Positions 14,191 to 23,035 of a stretch of 26,111 nt of DNA are shown piece after piece. The notes below the pieces were generated by a model. The model saw nothing but the letters and a program-made list of their open reading frames with translations, was not told the DNA's origin and did not search any database. Position 1 is the first letter of the stretch. Each line of letters starts with the position of its first letter. This DNA is from Candidatus Rokuibacteriota bacterium. Its GTDB lineage: Bacteria; Methylomirabilota; Methylomirabilia; Rokubacteriales; CSP1-6. A program made the position numbers and the translations under genes. The stretch is taken from positions 1 to 26,111 of the forward strand of contig JACPCX010000026.1 in NCBI GenBank assembly GCA_016184305.1, in the 5' to 3' direction.

Positions 14191-15965
14191 GCGGCCGGCG
14201 CCTTGGGCTCGGGCGCGCGCCGCTCGACGCGCTGGCCCGGCGCGTGCCCAACCAGCTCACCGCGGGCGTCTACCCGTCGCGCGAGGGCGGCTACGAGTAC
14301 GCGGTGATGCTCCTCGTATCGCATCCGGTGCCCGCGCACCCCGGCCTCGCCGTGCGCTCGGTGAGCGGACCGGTCATCATGCGGCGAAAGGACGGGTCGC
14401 CGTTGCGGCTGGTCACCGCCGAGCTCGGGCGGTCGTGGCGGGCGCAGCTCGACTGGGCGGTGCCGAACGCGCAGCTCGACGCCCTCACGCACGGGGGCGC
14501 GCCGATGACGGGCGCCGACGTCGTCGTCGGGATCATCGATCTGGCAGCCCTCGATTTCTACCATGCGGACTTCAGGCGGGCCGACGGCACCACGCGCGTC
14601 GCGTACCTGTGGGATCAGGAGCCCGGGCTCGTCCAGGCGGTGCCGGGCGCGGCGGCCCTGGCGCCCGGCGTTGCGTACGGGGTCGAGTACACCGCGGCCC
14701 AGATCGACGCCGAGCTCGCCCAGTTCAACCCGCCCGGCTCGCCGGCCTACACCATCGTCCCCCACGCGCCGCCGCCGCCGCCGTTGAGCGGCGTGAACGG
14801 GCACGGCACGGCGGTGACGAGCTGCGCGGCCGGCAACGGCCGCGCGAGCCGGGGGCAGTTTCGAGGCGCGGCGCCGGGGGCGGACATCATCTACGTCCGG
14901 CTCACGCGGCTCGACCCCGAAGGGGTGACGGTGGACCACACGCAGGTCTTCGATGCCTTCGAGTACATCTTCGCCAGGGCGGCGCAGCTGCGGACCGCCC
15001 AGGGCCAGCCCAAGCGCGGCTGCGTCGTGAGCATGAGCCTCGGCGACCTGCAGGGGCCGCACGACGGGACCACCCTGGGTGAGCTGCACCTGGACACGCT
15101 GCTGGTCCAGCCCGGCCGGGCCGTCACCGTGCCCGCCGGCAACTGGAACGGGAACTGGCGCCATGCCCGCGGGCAGGTCGCGGAAGGGCAGACGGTCGAC
15201 GTGCCCATCGAGTTCGGCGGCGGCGCGCGATCGAGCGACGCCGTCGAGCTCTGGTACGAGGGCGGCGACGTCTTCGAGGCGTCGTTCATCGCGCCGGGCG
15301 GCACGACCCTCGGGCCCCTCATGCCCTTGGGCAGCGACACGAAGAATGTGGGCAATGACGTGATGGCCACGCTGTCGTCGCAGTCGGGCATGTTCGTCAA
15401 CGGCGACAACCGCATCTCGGTCATCATGATGGTGCCGACCGGGAAGAAGATCCCCCTCGGTCCCTGGACGCTCCGGCTGCGCGGCGTGACGGTCACGACG
15501 GGGACGTTCCAGGCCTGGCTCGACCGGAACAACCCGTACTCGAATTTCCCGCCGCCCCTGCGCACCGAGGACGACGGCACGCTCGGCGTCCCCGGCAGCG
15601 CGCTCGGGCCCATCACGGTCGGGGCGCACGACAAGCAGGCCGGCGCCGCGGACGAGTCCGGCTTCAGCGGCCGCGGCCCGACGCGGGACGGCCGGAGCAA
15701 GCCCGATCTGCTGGCCGCCGGCGAGATCATGACGGTGGCCCTCGCGCAGAATCGCAACGCGCCGCCGGCCGCGTCCGAGTACGTCGGCGGGCGCTACGGC
15801 ACGAGCTACGCCACGCCACTCGTGGCGGGGGCCTGCGCCCTGTTCTTCGAGTGCCTCGGGCCGACGACGACGAGCGACGAGCTCAAGCGCCTGCTGCAGC
15901 AGCGCGCGGGGCCCTCCAAGGCCGGCGGGGCGGGCATCCTCAGGGTGGGAACCACCTGCCGGTGA
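14187..15965 (+). CDS. S8 subtilisin-like serine peptidase (CspA-like, with internal insertion domain); start uncertain (CTG 14187 or GTG 14244)
   Basis: Triad VGIID / NGHGTAVTSCAAGNG / GTSYATPLVAG; oxyanion PAGN; FSGRGPTRDGRSKPDL; no signal peptide. Confidence 0.9.
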   Translation: MSGRRLGLGRAPLDALARRVPNQLTAGVYPSREGGYEYAVMLLVSHPVPAHPGLAVRSVSGPVIMRRKDGSPLRLVTAELGRSWRAQLDWAVPNAQLDALTHGGAPMTGADVVVGIIDLAALDFYHADFRRADGTTRVAYLWDQEPGLVQAVPGAAALAPGVAYGVEYTAAQIDAELAQFNPPGSPAYTIVPHAPPPPPLSGVNGHGTAVTSCAAGNGRASRGQFRGAAPGADIIYVRLTRLDPEGVTVDHTQVFDAFEYIFARAAQLRTAQGQPKRGCVVSMSLGDLQGPHDGTTLGELHLDTLLVQPGRAVTVPAGNWNGNWRHARGQVAEGQTVDVPIEFGGGARSSDAVELWYEGGDVFEASFIAPGGTTLGPLMPLGSDTKNVGNDVMATLSSQSGMFVNGDNRISVIMMVPTGKKIPLGPWTLRLRGVTVTTGTFQAWLDRNNPYSNFPPPLRTEDDGTLGVPGSALGPITVGAHDKQAGAADESGFSGRGPTRDGRSKPDLLAAGEIMTVALAQNRNAPPAASEYVGGRYGTSYATPLVAGACALFFECLGPTTTSDELKRLLQQRAGPSKAGGAGILRVGTTCR

Positions 15966-17953
15966 GCGCCACGGCGGCGCCGCGGCGCGTCCTGGTGCCG
16001 GCCGCCGGATCGGGGCAGAGCAACAACCTGATCCGCGCGCTGCGCGCCGCCGGCCTGCCCCTGTGGATCCTGGGCGTCCACCACGACCGCTTCTACCTGA
16101 CGCAGTCGCCGGCCGACCGGAACCGGACGCTGCCGCCACCGTCGAGTCCGGGCTTCGACGACGCGCTGTGCGGCGTGGTCGAGGAGGAGCGGGTGGACCT
16201 GCTCATCCCCACGCGCGACTGGGAGGTCGCGCGCTTCGCGGCACTCGCCCCGCGGCTGGCGGGCCGCCTGTACATGCCGCCGATCGAGACGGTGCTGCTC
16301 TGCCAGGACAAGCAGCGCCTGTGCGACCTGCTCGAGGCGCGCGGGCTGCCGGTGCCGCGCACGGTGCCGGTCGGCCGCCTCGAGGACGTGGACCGCGTGT
16401 TCGCGAGGTTCCCGCGCGGCGCGACGCTGTGGTGCCGCAGCCGGTTCGGCTCGGACTCGCGCGCGGCCACGCCCGTGCGCACCCCGGACCAGGCGCGCGC
16501 CTGGATGAGCTACTGGGAGGACATGCGCGGCTTTCCGGTGAGCTCGTTCACGCTCGGCGAGTATCTGCCGGGCCGCGACTTCGCCTGCCAGAGCCTCTGG
16601 CAGGCGGGCCGGCTCGTGCTCGCGAAGACGTATGAGCGGCTGGACTATATCGGCGGCAGCTCCCGCCCGAGCGGCGTGGCGTCGCGGGTCGCCCTGGCCA
16701 AGAACGTGTGCGAGCCCCGGGTGCTGGAGATCGGCTGCGCGGCCATCCGCGTCGCTGATCCCGGCGCCACCGGCGCCTTCGACGTCGATCTCAAGTGCCG
16801 GGCGGATGGCGAGCCGGCGGTGACGGAGCTCAACGCCGGGCGATTCCTGTCGAGCCAGACGATCTTCGACTTCACGGGGGCGCACAACCTCACGGGTGTC
16901 TTCCTCCGGCTCGCCGCCGGCGAGCCGGTGGTCCTCGATCCCGTCTACGATACGGGGGTCGGGTGGTACATGGTGCGCGACGTGGACCTCGTGCCCGGCA
17001 TCGTGCACGAGCGCGACCTGCTCCGCGTCACGGGCGCCGGCGGGGGCGGGATACCCGACCGCGAGCGCCACGCACGCCTGAGGTCGTCGCCGACGATCGG
17101 GGACGCGCCACGGCGACGGGCGCATCCTGGAGCCGCCGGACCTGTAGGAGACGTCTCTCGATCGCCGGTACCGCGATCGCGCGCCGCGGATCCGGGTGGG
17201 CGACGACGGCGACGAGCCTCTCGAGATCGACGGCCGGCGCGCGACGCTGCCGCGGCCCGGCCAGCTCGGCCCGCTGGGCGGCGTGGGCAAGCGGGGGGAC
17301 GAGGCACGCGAGCTGCGCGCTCGCACCCGCGCGGCGCGGTGGTGCTCTCGGCGACCGGCCTCGTCAAGCGGTTCGGCGCCCTCGTCGCGGTGAACCGCGT
17401 CGAGCTCGACGCGCGGGTCGGCGAGGTCCACTCCGTGATCGGCCGGAACGGCGCCGGCAAGACGACGACGCTGCGGAGCATCATGGGCGTCGCGCGGGCG
17501 CGGAGCGGGCGGATCCTGGTCGATGGGACCGAGGCGCGCTCATGGCGGTCCGCCACGGAAGGCCGGGCCCGTGGAGCATCGCCCGGGTCCTGGAGCTGCT
17601 GCCCAAGCTCGGCACGCTCGCCGACCACCGCGGCGAGCACCTCTCGGGAGGCGAGCGCAAGATGCTCGCGATCGCCCGCGGCCTGCTCGCCAACCCGCGG
17701 CTCCTGCTCCTCGACGAGCCGCTCGAGGGGCTCGCGCCCTCCGTGGCGGACACCATCCTGGACGCGCTGGCGGCGATGCGCGGCGAGATGGCGATCCTGC
17801 TGGTCGAGCAACGGGCGAGCCTTGTGCTCCCGCTCTGCGAGTCGGCGCTCATCCTCAACAACGGCGCCGTCGCGTACAGCGGCGACGCCCGCGACCTGCT
17901 GGCCCGCGAGCGGGACCTCCAGCAGCAGCTCGGCGTGTGACCGTCATGCCTGA
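15962..17953 (+). CDS. ATP-grasp enzyme (CarB/PylC-like); domain ends ~17030 and the ORF reads through into unrelated gene fragments
   Basis: GTGA overlap; RVLVPAAG, VDLLIPTRDWEV, CQDK, LPVPRT, EYLPGRDF, TELNAGRF; low-complexity out-of-frame sequence after HERDLLRV. Confidence 0.8.
   Translation: MSATAAPRRVLVPAAGSGQSNNLIRALRAAGLPLWILGVHHDRFYLTQSPADRNRTLPPPSSPGFDDALCGVVEEERVDLLIPTRDWEVARFAALAPRLAGRLYMPPIETVLLCQDKQRLCDLLEARGLPVPRTVPVGRLEDVDRVFARFPRGATLWCRSRFGSDSRAATPVRTPDQARAWMSYWEDMRGFPVSSFTLGEYLPGRDFACQSLWQAGRLVLAKTYERLDYIGGSSRPSGVASRVALAKNVCEPRVLEIGCAAIRVADPGATGAFDVDLKCRADGEPAVTELNAGRFLSSQTIFDFTGAHNLTGVFLRLAAGEPVVLDPVYDTGVGWYMVRDVDLVPGIVHERDLLRVTGAGGGGIPDRERHARLRSSPTIGDAPRRRAHPGAAGPVGDVSRSPVPRSRAADPGGRRRRRASRDRRPARDAAAARPARPAGRRGQAGGRGTRAARSHPRGAVVLSATGLVKRFGALVAVNRVELDARVGEVHSVIGRNGAGKTTTLRSIMGVARARSGRILVDGTEARSWRSATEGRARGASPGSWSCCPSSARSPTTAASTSREASARCSRSPAACSPTRGSCSSTSRSRGSRPPWRTPSWTRWRRCAARWRSCWSSNGRALCSRSASRRSSSTTAPSRTAATPATCWPASGTSSSSSACDRHA
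17109..17330 (+). pseudogene. 5' fragment of an amidohydrolase_2 family gene
   Basis: Unlisted frame: HGDGRILEPPDL*ETSLDRRYRDRAPRIRVGDDGDEPLEIDGRR resembles the D.D.H..EPPDLW..yl...yrdra N-terminus; TAG at 17145 replaces the expected Trp. Confidence 0.7.
17339..17940 (+). pseudogene. Chimeric livG/livF-type ABC ATPase remnant
   Basis: LivG-type start VLSATGLVKRFGALVAVNRV..GEVHSVIG joined to LivF-type GRNGAGKTTTLRSIMG; deletion/frameshift ~17535; LivF-type LSGGERKMLAIAR..LLLLDEPLEGLAP in another frame. Confidence 0.82.
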
Positions 17954-18261
17954 AGGGCTCGAGATACGGCGCGCGGGGCGGTGAGGAGCGGCCCCCGAGG
18001 GCCGCGACGCGACCATCTAGGGGCCAGGCCGGCCTTTCACGGTCCGCTCAGCGGGTCTCCTCGATCGACGGCGCCTGCCGCCAGGGCAGCCGTCTGCGCG
18101 GCTCACGCAGCCCTTGACGGCGCCCCTGTCCCGGGAGCAGGATCGCCGCAGGACCCGGATCAGAGCCGGGCGGTCCCGGCTCCAGGGAGGGCTCCGGGGC
18201 CGGCGGCTCGACGACGCTGGGGTCGTTCAGGGGGTCTGGAGGCCCGCTGCATGGGGCCGCG

Positions 18262-18353
18262 TGATGCGAACTGGCGGTCATGTTCCCTCTGGGCCGCCGA
18301 GCGGCTCACGCGAAGTGTTCGGGTGGACCGACGACCGCGGCGTCACGACCTGA
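18262..18353 (+). pseudogene. Possible signal peptide + DUF4124-like remnant
   Basis: LAVMFPLGRRAAHA then, after a 1-nt shift, EVFGWTDDRGVT (resembles VYxWxDxxGv). Confidence 0.35.
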
Positions 18354-18453
18354 ACCGATCGGCTCGACAGCGTCCCCGAGCGCGATCCGCCCAGGGGCAG
18401 CGCCAGCGCCGATCATCCCTGCACATTCGCATGAGTCCGAAAGGAGTCTCTCG

Positions 18454-19473
18454 ATGAGCCGATGTCGTTCGGTCGCCGTGTTCGTCTTCGCCGTCGCCGC
18501 CGCGCTGGCGGGCGGCTCCGCGGTGCTCGCGCAGGGCGACATCCGCAGCCCGCTGCCGGCGCCGGTGAAGCTCAAGCAGGGCATGCTCAACGTGCCCGCG
18601 CTGTCGCCGCTGTGGCTGCTGCCCGAGTTCGCGGCCAAGTACAACGTGCAGATCGAGACGGTGATGTTCCAGCGCTTCGCGGATGCCCGCACCGCGCTCG
18701 CCTCCGGCGACATCGACCTCACCGCCTTTGGCCCCCAGGATATCTCGCTGGCGCTGGGACAGGGCGCGCGGTCCATGGTCGGCGTGGCCGGCGTCGGCTC
18801 CGGCAACGACTGCCTGATCGTCCGCAAGGGGGACGACATCAAGGACTGGAGCGCGCTGCGCGGCAAGGCGATCGGGGTGGGCGCGGGGTCGATCTCGTGG
18901 CTGAAGTTCGCGGCCTCCGTGAAGGAGCACGGGCTCGAGTACGGCGGTCTCAAGATCGTCAACATCATGGGCGGGGGCGGCAACTATCTGAAGGCGCTGC
19001 AGGCCAAGGAGATCGACATGGCCGTGGTCTGGCAACCGTTCTGCGCCCAGGGCGTCGTCGACGGCTTCGCGCAGTATCCCACCCTCGATCACAATCGCTC
19101 GAAGACGGTGGGCGGGCTCATCTCCGTGCTCGCGGTGAACCGTGGCTTCATGGACAAGAATCGCGACGCGGTGCAGCGGCTCGTGGTGGCCTACCTCGAC
19201 GTGCTGAAGGTCGCCCAGGCCGATCAGCAGCGCTGGGCGAAGATCTACGCGGAGAAGGCGGGGCTGCCCCTGCCGGTGGCGGTGGAGTCGATCCGCATCA
19301 CGAAGCTCGATCCCACGCTGCCGCTGGAGTCCATCAAGCGCATCTCGAAGTTCCTGTCGGACAACGGCGTCATCGCTCGCGACGTGTCGAGCGACCTCGC
19401 GCACTCCTACACGTTCGACTTCCTGAGCCGCGCCACGGGGAAATCGCCGGCCGAGCTGGGTCTGAACCAGTAG
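18454..19473 (+). CDS. NitT/TauT/SsuA-type ABC substrate-binding protein
   Basis: AAAGGAG RBS before ATG 18454; signal peptide ending AVLA|Q; ALASGDID, LRGKAIGV, EIDMAVVWQP. Confidence 0.92.
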   Translation: MSRCRSVAVFVFAVAAALAGGSAVLAQGDIRSPLPAPVKLKQGMLNVPALSPLWLLPEFAAKYNVQIETVMFQRFADARTALASGDIDLTAFGPQDISLALGQGARSMVGVAGVGSGNDCLIVRKGDDIKDWSALRGKAIGVGAGSISWLKFAASVKEHGLEYGGLKIVNIMGGGGNYLKALQAKEIDMAVVWQPFCAQGVVDGFAQYPTLDHNRSKTVGGLISVLAVNRGFMDKNRDAVQRLVVAYLDVLKVAQADQQRWAKIYAEKAGLPLPVAVESIRITKLDPTLPLESIKRISKFLSDNGVIARDVSSDLAHSYTFDFLSRATGKSPAELGLNQ

Positions 19474-19496
19474 CGCGCGGCGCGGCCACGACGCGC

Positions 19497-20291
19497 ATGA
19501 CCGTCCGTCGCCTCGCGTGGGCGCTCGCGCTGCCGATCGCCCTCTTCGTCGTCTGGGACCTGGCCGTCCGGCAGCGATGGGTGGTGGAAGGCATCATCCC
19601 CGCGCCGGCGCAGGTGGCGGCCGCCTGGTACACGTGGATCTTCGGGGCGGCCACGACATCGCTCTCCCCCTACTCGGGCACGTGGCTGGCGAACGTGGCG
19701 CACTCCACGCGGCGGGTGATCGAGGGCTTCCTGCTCGCGGCCGCGCTGGGGATCCCGCTCGGCGTGTTCATCGGCTGGAACCGCGCGGTGGCGCGGGCGG
19801 TGGACCCGTCCATCCAGATGCTGCGCCCGATCCCCATCACGGCGTGGCTGCCCTTCGCCATCGCCGTCTTCGGCATCTACGACGCGAGCGCGCGCTTCTT
19901 GATCGGGCTGGGCGCGTTCTATCCGATCGTGGTCAACACCACGCATGGGGTGCGGGACACCAATCTCCTGCTGCTGCGGGCGGCGCGCATGCTCGGCGCC
20001 GGCCCCGCCGCGGTGCTCTTCAAGGTCGTCTTCCGCTCCGCGCTGCCTTCGATCTTCACCGGCCTGCGCCTCGGGATCGGCGTGGCGTGGACGGCGGTGA
20101 TCGTGGCCGAGATGATCGCGGTGAAGTCCGGCCTCGGCTACGTGCTGTGGGACGCCTACTACGTGGGACGGATGGACATCTGCGTGGCCACGATGTTCTC
20201 GGTGGGGTTGCTCGGCTTTCTCTCCGACCAGGTGATCCTGCGCGCCTCGCGGGTGGCGCTGCGCTGGCGCGCCCTCGAGGCGCACGGCTGA
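19497..20291 (+). CDS. NitT/TauT-type ABC permease
   Basis: LRPIPITAWLP, AARMLGA, ALPSIFTGLRLG, IVAEMIA. Confidence 0.93.
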   Translation: MTVRRLAWALALPIALFVVWDLAVRQRWVVEGIIPAPAQVAAAWYTWIFGAATTSLSPYSGTWLANVAHSTRRVIEGFLLAAALGIPLGVFIGWNRAVARAVDPSIQMLRPIPITAWLPFAIAVFGIYDASARFLIGLGAFYPIVVNTTHGVRDTNLLLLRAARMLGAGPAAVLFKVVFRSALPSIFTGLRLGIGVAWTAVIVAEMIAVKSGLGYVLWDAYYVGRMDICVATMFSVGLLGFLSDQVILRASRVALRWRALEAHG

Positions 20292-20295
20292 GCCG

Positions 20296-21093
20296 ATGGC
20301 GACCGCCGTCGAGCTTCGAGGAGTCGCCAAGGAATTCGCGGCGCGCGGCCGCCACGTGGTGGCCGTGGAGGCGATCGACCTCGCCGTCGCGCACAACGAG
20401 TTCGCGGCCATCCTGGGGCCGAGCGGCTGCGGCAAGTCGACGTTGCTGAACATGGTGGCGGGCTTCGAGCGGCCCACGCGAGGGCGGGTGCTCGTGGAGG
20501 GCGAGCCCGTGCAGGCGCCCCATCCGGGGCGCGCCGTCGTGTTCCAGGAGGCGGCCCTGTTCCCGTGGTACACCGTGCTCGACAACATCGCCTTCGGTCC
20601 CCGCACGCGGGGGACGCCGGCGGCGCAGTACCGCCCGCGCATCGACACGCTGCTCGATGTCATGGGGCTGCGCGGGTTCGAGCGTCACTACCCGGCGGAG
20701 CTGTCGGGCGGCATGAAGCAGCGCGTGGGCCTCGCGCGTGTCCTCATCATGGAGCCCGCGGTGCTGCTGATGGACGAGCCCTTCGGCAGCCTCGACGCCC
20801 AGACGCGCTCGGTCATGCAGGAGCTGCTGCTCACCGTGTGGGAGCGGCGGCAACAGACCGTGCTGTTCATCACGCACGACATCGAGGAGGCGCTGCTGCT
20901 GGCCGACACCGTGAGCGTCATGACCGCGCGCCCCGGGCGCATCAAGACGCGCATCGCCGTCGACCTGCCGCGGCCGCGCTCGCTGGAGGTCACCACCTCG
21001 CCGCCCTTCAACGATCTCAAGCGCCGGCTGCTGGCGCTCGTCCGCGAAGACACCTTCAACCCCGGAGCCGACCATGCCCCACGCGCGCGTTAA
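20296..21093 (+). CDS. NitT/TauT-type ABC ATP-binding protein
   Basis: GPSGCGKST, VVFQE, LSGGMKQR, LLMDEPFG, ITHD. Confidence 0.95.
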   Translation: MATAVELRGVAKEFAARGRHVVAVEAIDLAVAHNEFAAILGPSGCGKSTLLNMVAGFERPTRGRVLVEGEPVQAPHPGRAVVFQEAALFPWYTVLDNIAFGPRTRGTPAAQYRPRIDTLLDVMGLRGFERHYPAELSGGMKQRVGLARVLIMEPAVLLMDEPFGSLDAQTRSVMQELLLTVWERRQQTVLFITHDIEEALLLADTVSVMTARPGRIKTRIAVDLPRPRSLEVTTSPPFNDLKRRLLALVREDTFNPGADHAPRAR

Positions 21094-21964
21094 CAGTGTC
21101 AACCTCTTCTACGAGGAGACCGGTCAGGGTCTGCCCCTGATCTTCGTCCACGAGTTCGCCGGCGACAGCGCGAGCTGGCACCTGCAAGTGCGGTGCTTCT
21201 CGCGCCGCTACCGCACCATCGCCTACAACGCGCGCGGGTACCCGCCCTCCGACGTGCCCGAGGACCCGCGCGCCTACTCGCAGGACCAGGCCGTGGACGA
21301 CATCGTGGGCGTGCTCGATCACCTCGGCATCCCGAAGGCGCACGTGTGCGGGCTGTCGATGGGCGGCTATGCCTCGCTGCACTTCGGCCTGCGCTACCCG
21401 CAGCGCGCGTTGTCGATCACGGTGGCGGGCGCCGGCTACGGCAGCGTGCCCGCCGAGCGCGACAAGTTCCGCCAGGACTCGGGCGAGGTGGCGCGCCGCT
21501 TCGAGGCGGATGGCATGGCGAAGGTCGCGGAGTTCTACACCAAGGGCCCCACGCGCGTGCAGTTCATGGACAAGGACCCGCGGGGCTGGAAGGAGTTCTA
21601 CGACCAGTTCGCGGCGCAGTCGGCCGAGGGCCATGCCCGCACCATGCGCGGCGTGCAGATGTCGCGCCCGTCCATCTACGAGCTGGAGGCCGGGCTCGAG
21701 ACACTCGAGGTGCCCACGCTCATCGTCACCGGCGACGAGGACGATCCGTGTCTGGAGCCCGGCATCTTCATGAAGCGCAAGATCCGCTCCTCGGCGCTCG
21801 TCGTGCTTCCCAGGTCCGGGCACACGATCAACCTCGAGGAGCCCGAGGCGTTCAACCGCGCGCTGCTGGATTTTCTGACCGCGGTGGACGCGGGACGCTG
21901 GCCGCTGCGCAACCCGCTCTCGCAGACGGGCTCGGCCATCCTGCCGCCGCCGGGGAAGCCATGA
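21074..21964 (+). CDS. Alpha/beta hydrolase
   Basis: VHEFAG, GLSMGG nucleophile, GDEDD, GHTINLEEP. Confidence 0.93.
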   Translation: MPHARVNSVNLFYEETGQGLPLIFVHEFAGDSASWHLQVRCFSRRYRTIAYNARGYPPSDVPEDPRAYSQDQAVDDIVGVLDHLGIPKAHVCGLSMGGYASLHFGLRYPQRALSITVAGAGYGSVPAERDKFRQDSGEVARRFEADGMAKVAEFYTKGPTRVQFMDKDPRGWKEFYDQFAAQSAEGHARTMRGVQMSRPSIYELEAGLETLEVPTLIVTGDEDDPCLEPGIFMKRKIRSSALVVLPRSGHTINLEEPEAFNRALLDFLTAVDAGRWPLRNPLSQTGSAILPPPGKP

Positions 21965-22126
21965 GCGACGGCGGCGAGCTGGCCCGGGAGCGTTCCGCTG
22001 GCCGGACGCATCCGGGGTCGCGCGTGGATCGAGGTCGAGCGCCGCTCGACGATGCCGCTGTGAGCTCCGAGGAACCGGCGCAAGCGCCGGTTCCGGGCCG
22101 GGCGCTGTAAACCAGGAGACGACACG

Positions 22127-23035
22127 ATGCCCTCTCTCACGACCGACGACGGTGTACGGCTCTATCATGAGGAGACCGGAGCGGGCGATCCGATCCTGTT
22201 CGTGCACGAGTTCGGCGGCCATTATCTGAGCTGGGAACCGCAGGTCCGGTATTTCTCGCGCCGCTACCGCTGCATCACCTATGCCGCGCGCGGCTGGCCG
22301 CCGTCCGACATCCCCGAATCCGTGAGCGCCTACTCGCAGGCTCGTGCCGCGGACGACGCCGCCGCGGTGCTGCGGGAACTCGGGATCGGGACGGCGCACG
22401 TTGTGGGACTGTCCATGGGCGCGACCGCGGCGCTCGAATTCGGCATTCGCCATCCCGCGATGGCACGGTCGCTCACCGCGGCCGCCTGTGGCGGGGGCGC
22501 GAGCACCGACCCCGTACAGAAACGCCGCTTCCACGATGACTGCGTCGCCTTCGCCGAGCGGCTCGAGCGAGAGGGCATCGCCGCCATGGCCGAGCTCTAT
22601 TGCGCGGGACCCGCTCGCGTGCAGTACCGCGGCAAGGATCCGCGCGGCTGGGAAGAGTTCAAGCGTCAATTCGCCGAAGGGTCCGCGCGCGGCCACGCCC
22701 TGACGATGCTGGGCGTGCAGGCGCAGCGAGCCCCACTCTTCGAGCGCCAGGCAGAACTCGCCGCCATTCCCGCGCCGGTGCTGGTGGTGGCGGGGGACGA
22801 AGACGAATCCACGCTCGAGCTCGGGTTATTCCTCAAGCGCAACATCCCGCGCTGCGGCCTGCTGATGCTGCCGAAGACCGGTCATACCATCAATCTGGAG
22901 GAGCCGGCCGCGTTCAACACCGCGGTGGAGAACTTCATCTGCGCGGTCGAGCACGGCCGCTGGAGGGAGCGCGACGCCGTCGCCCGGCAGAAATACCTCC
23001 TGGTGCCGAAGGACACATCGCCTGTAAAGGCGTGA
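22127..23035 (+). CDS. Alpha/beta hydrolase (paralogue of the preceding gene)
   Basis: VHEFGG, GLSMGA, GDEDE, GHTINLEEP; AGGAG RBS. Confidence 0.93.
   Translation: MPSLTTDDGVRLYHEETGAGDPILFVHEFGGHYLSWEPQVRYFSRRYRCITYAARGWPPSDIPESVSAYSQARAADDAAAVLRELGIGTAHVVGLSMGATAALEFGIRHPAMARSLTAAACGGGASTDPVQKRRFHDDCVAFAERLEREGIAAMAELYCAGPARVQYRGKDPRGWEEFKRQFAEGSARGHALTMLGVQAQRAPLFERQAELAAIPAPVLVVAGDEDESTLELGLFLKRNIPRCGLLMLPKTGHTINLEEPAAFNTAVENFICAVEHGRWRERDAVARQKYLLVPKDTSPVKA

Noticed and set aside
10195..16139. Very long alternative ORFs (10195..13470 -, 13139..15082 +, 14139..16139 -, 5' part of 13389..15965)
   Set aside because: Antisense or off-frame shadows of real GC-rich genes; R/A/G/P-rich with no motifs.
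14187..17030. Graspetide/RiPP biosynthetic cluster (ATP-grasp + protease)
   Set aside because: The ATP-grasp enzyme looks CarB/PylC-like rather than RimK/MvdC-like, and no convincing precursor peptide is present.
18048..18281. Proline-rich 77-aa minus-strand ORF
   Set aside because: No clear RBS or domain; cannot be supported as a gene.
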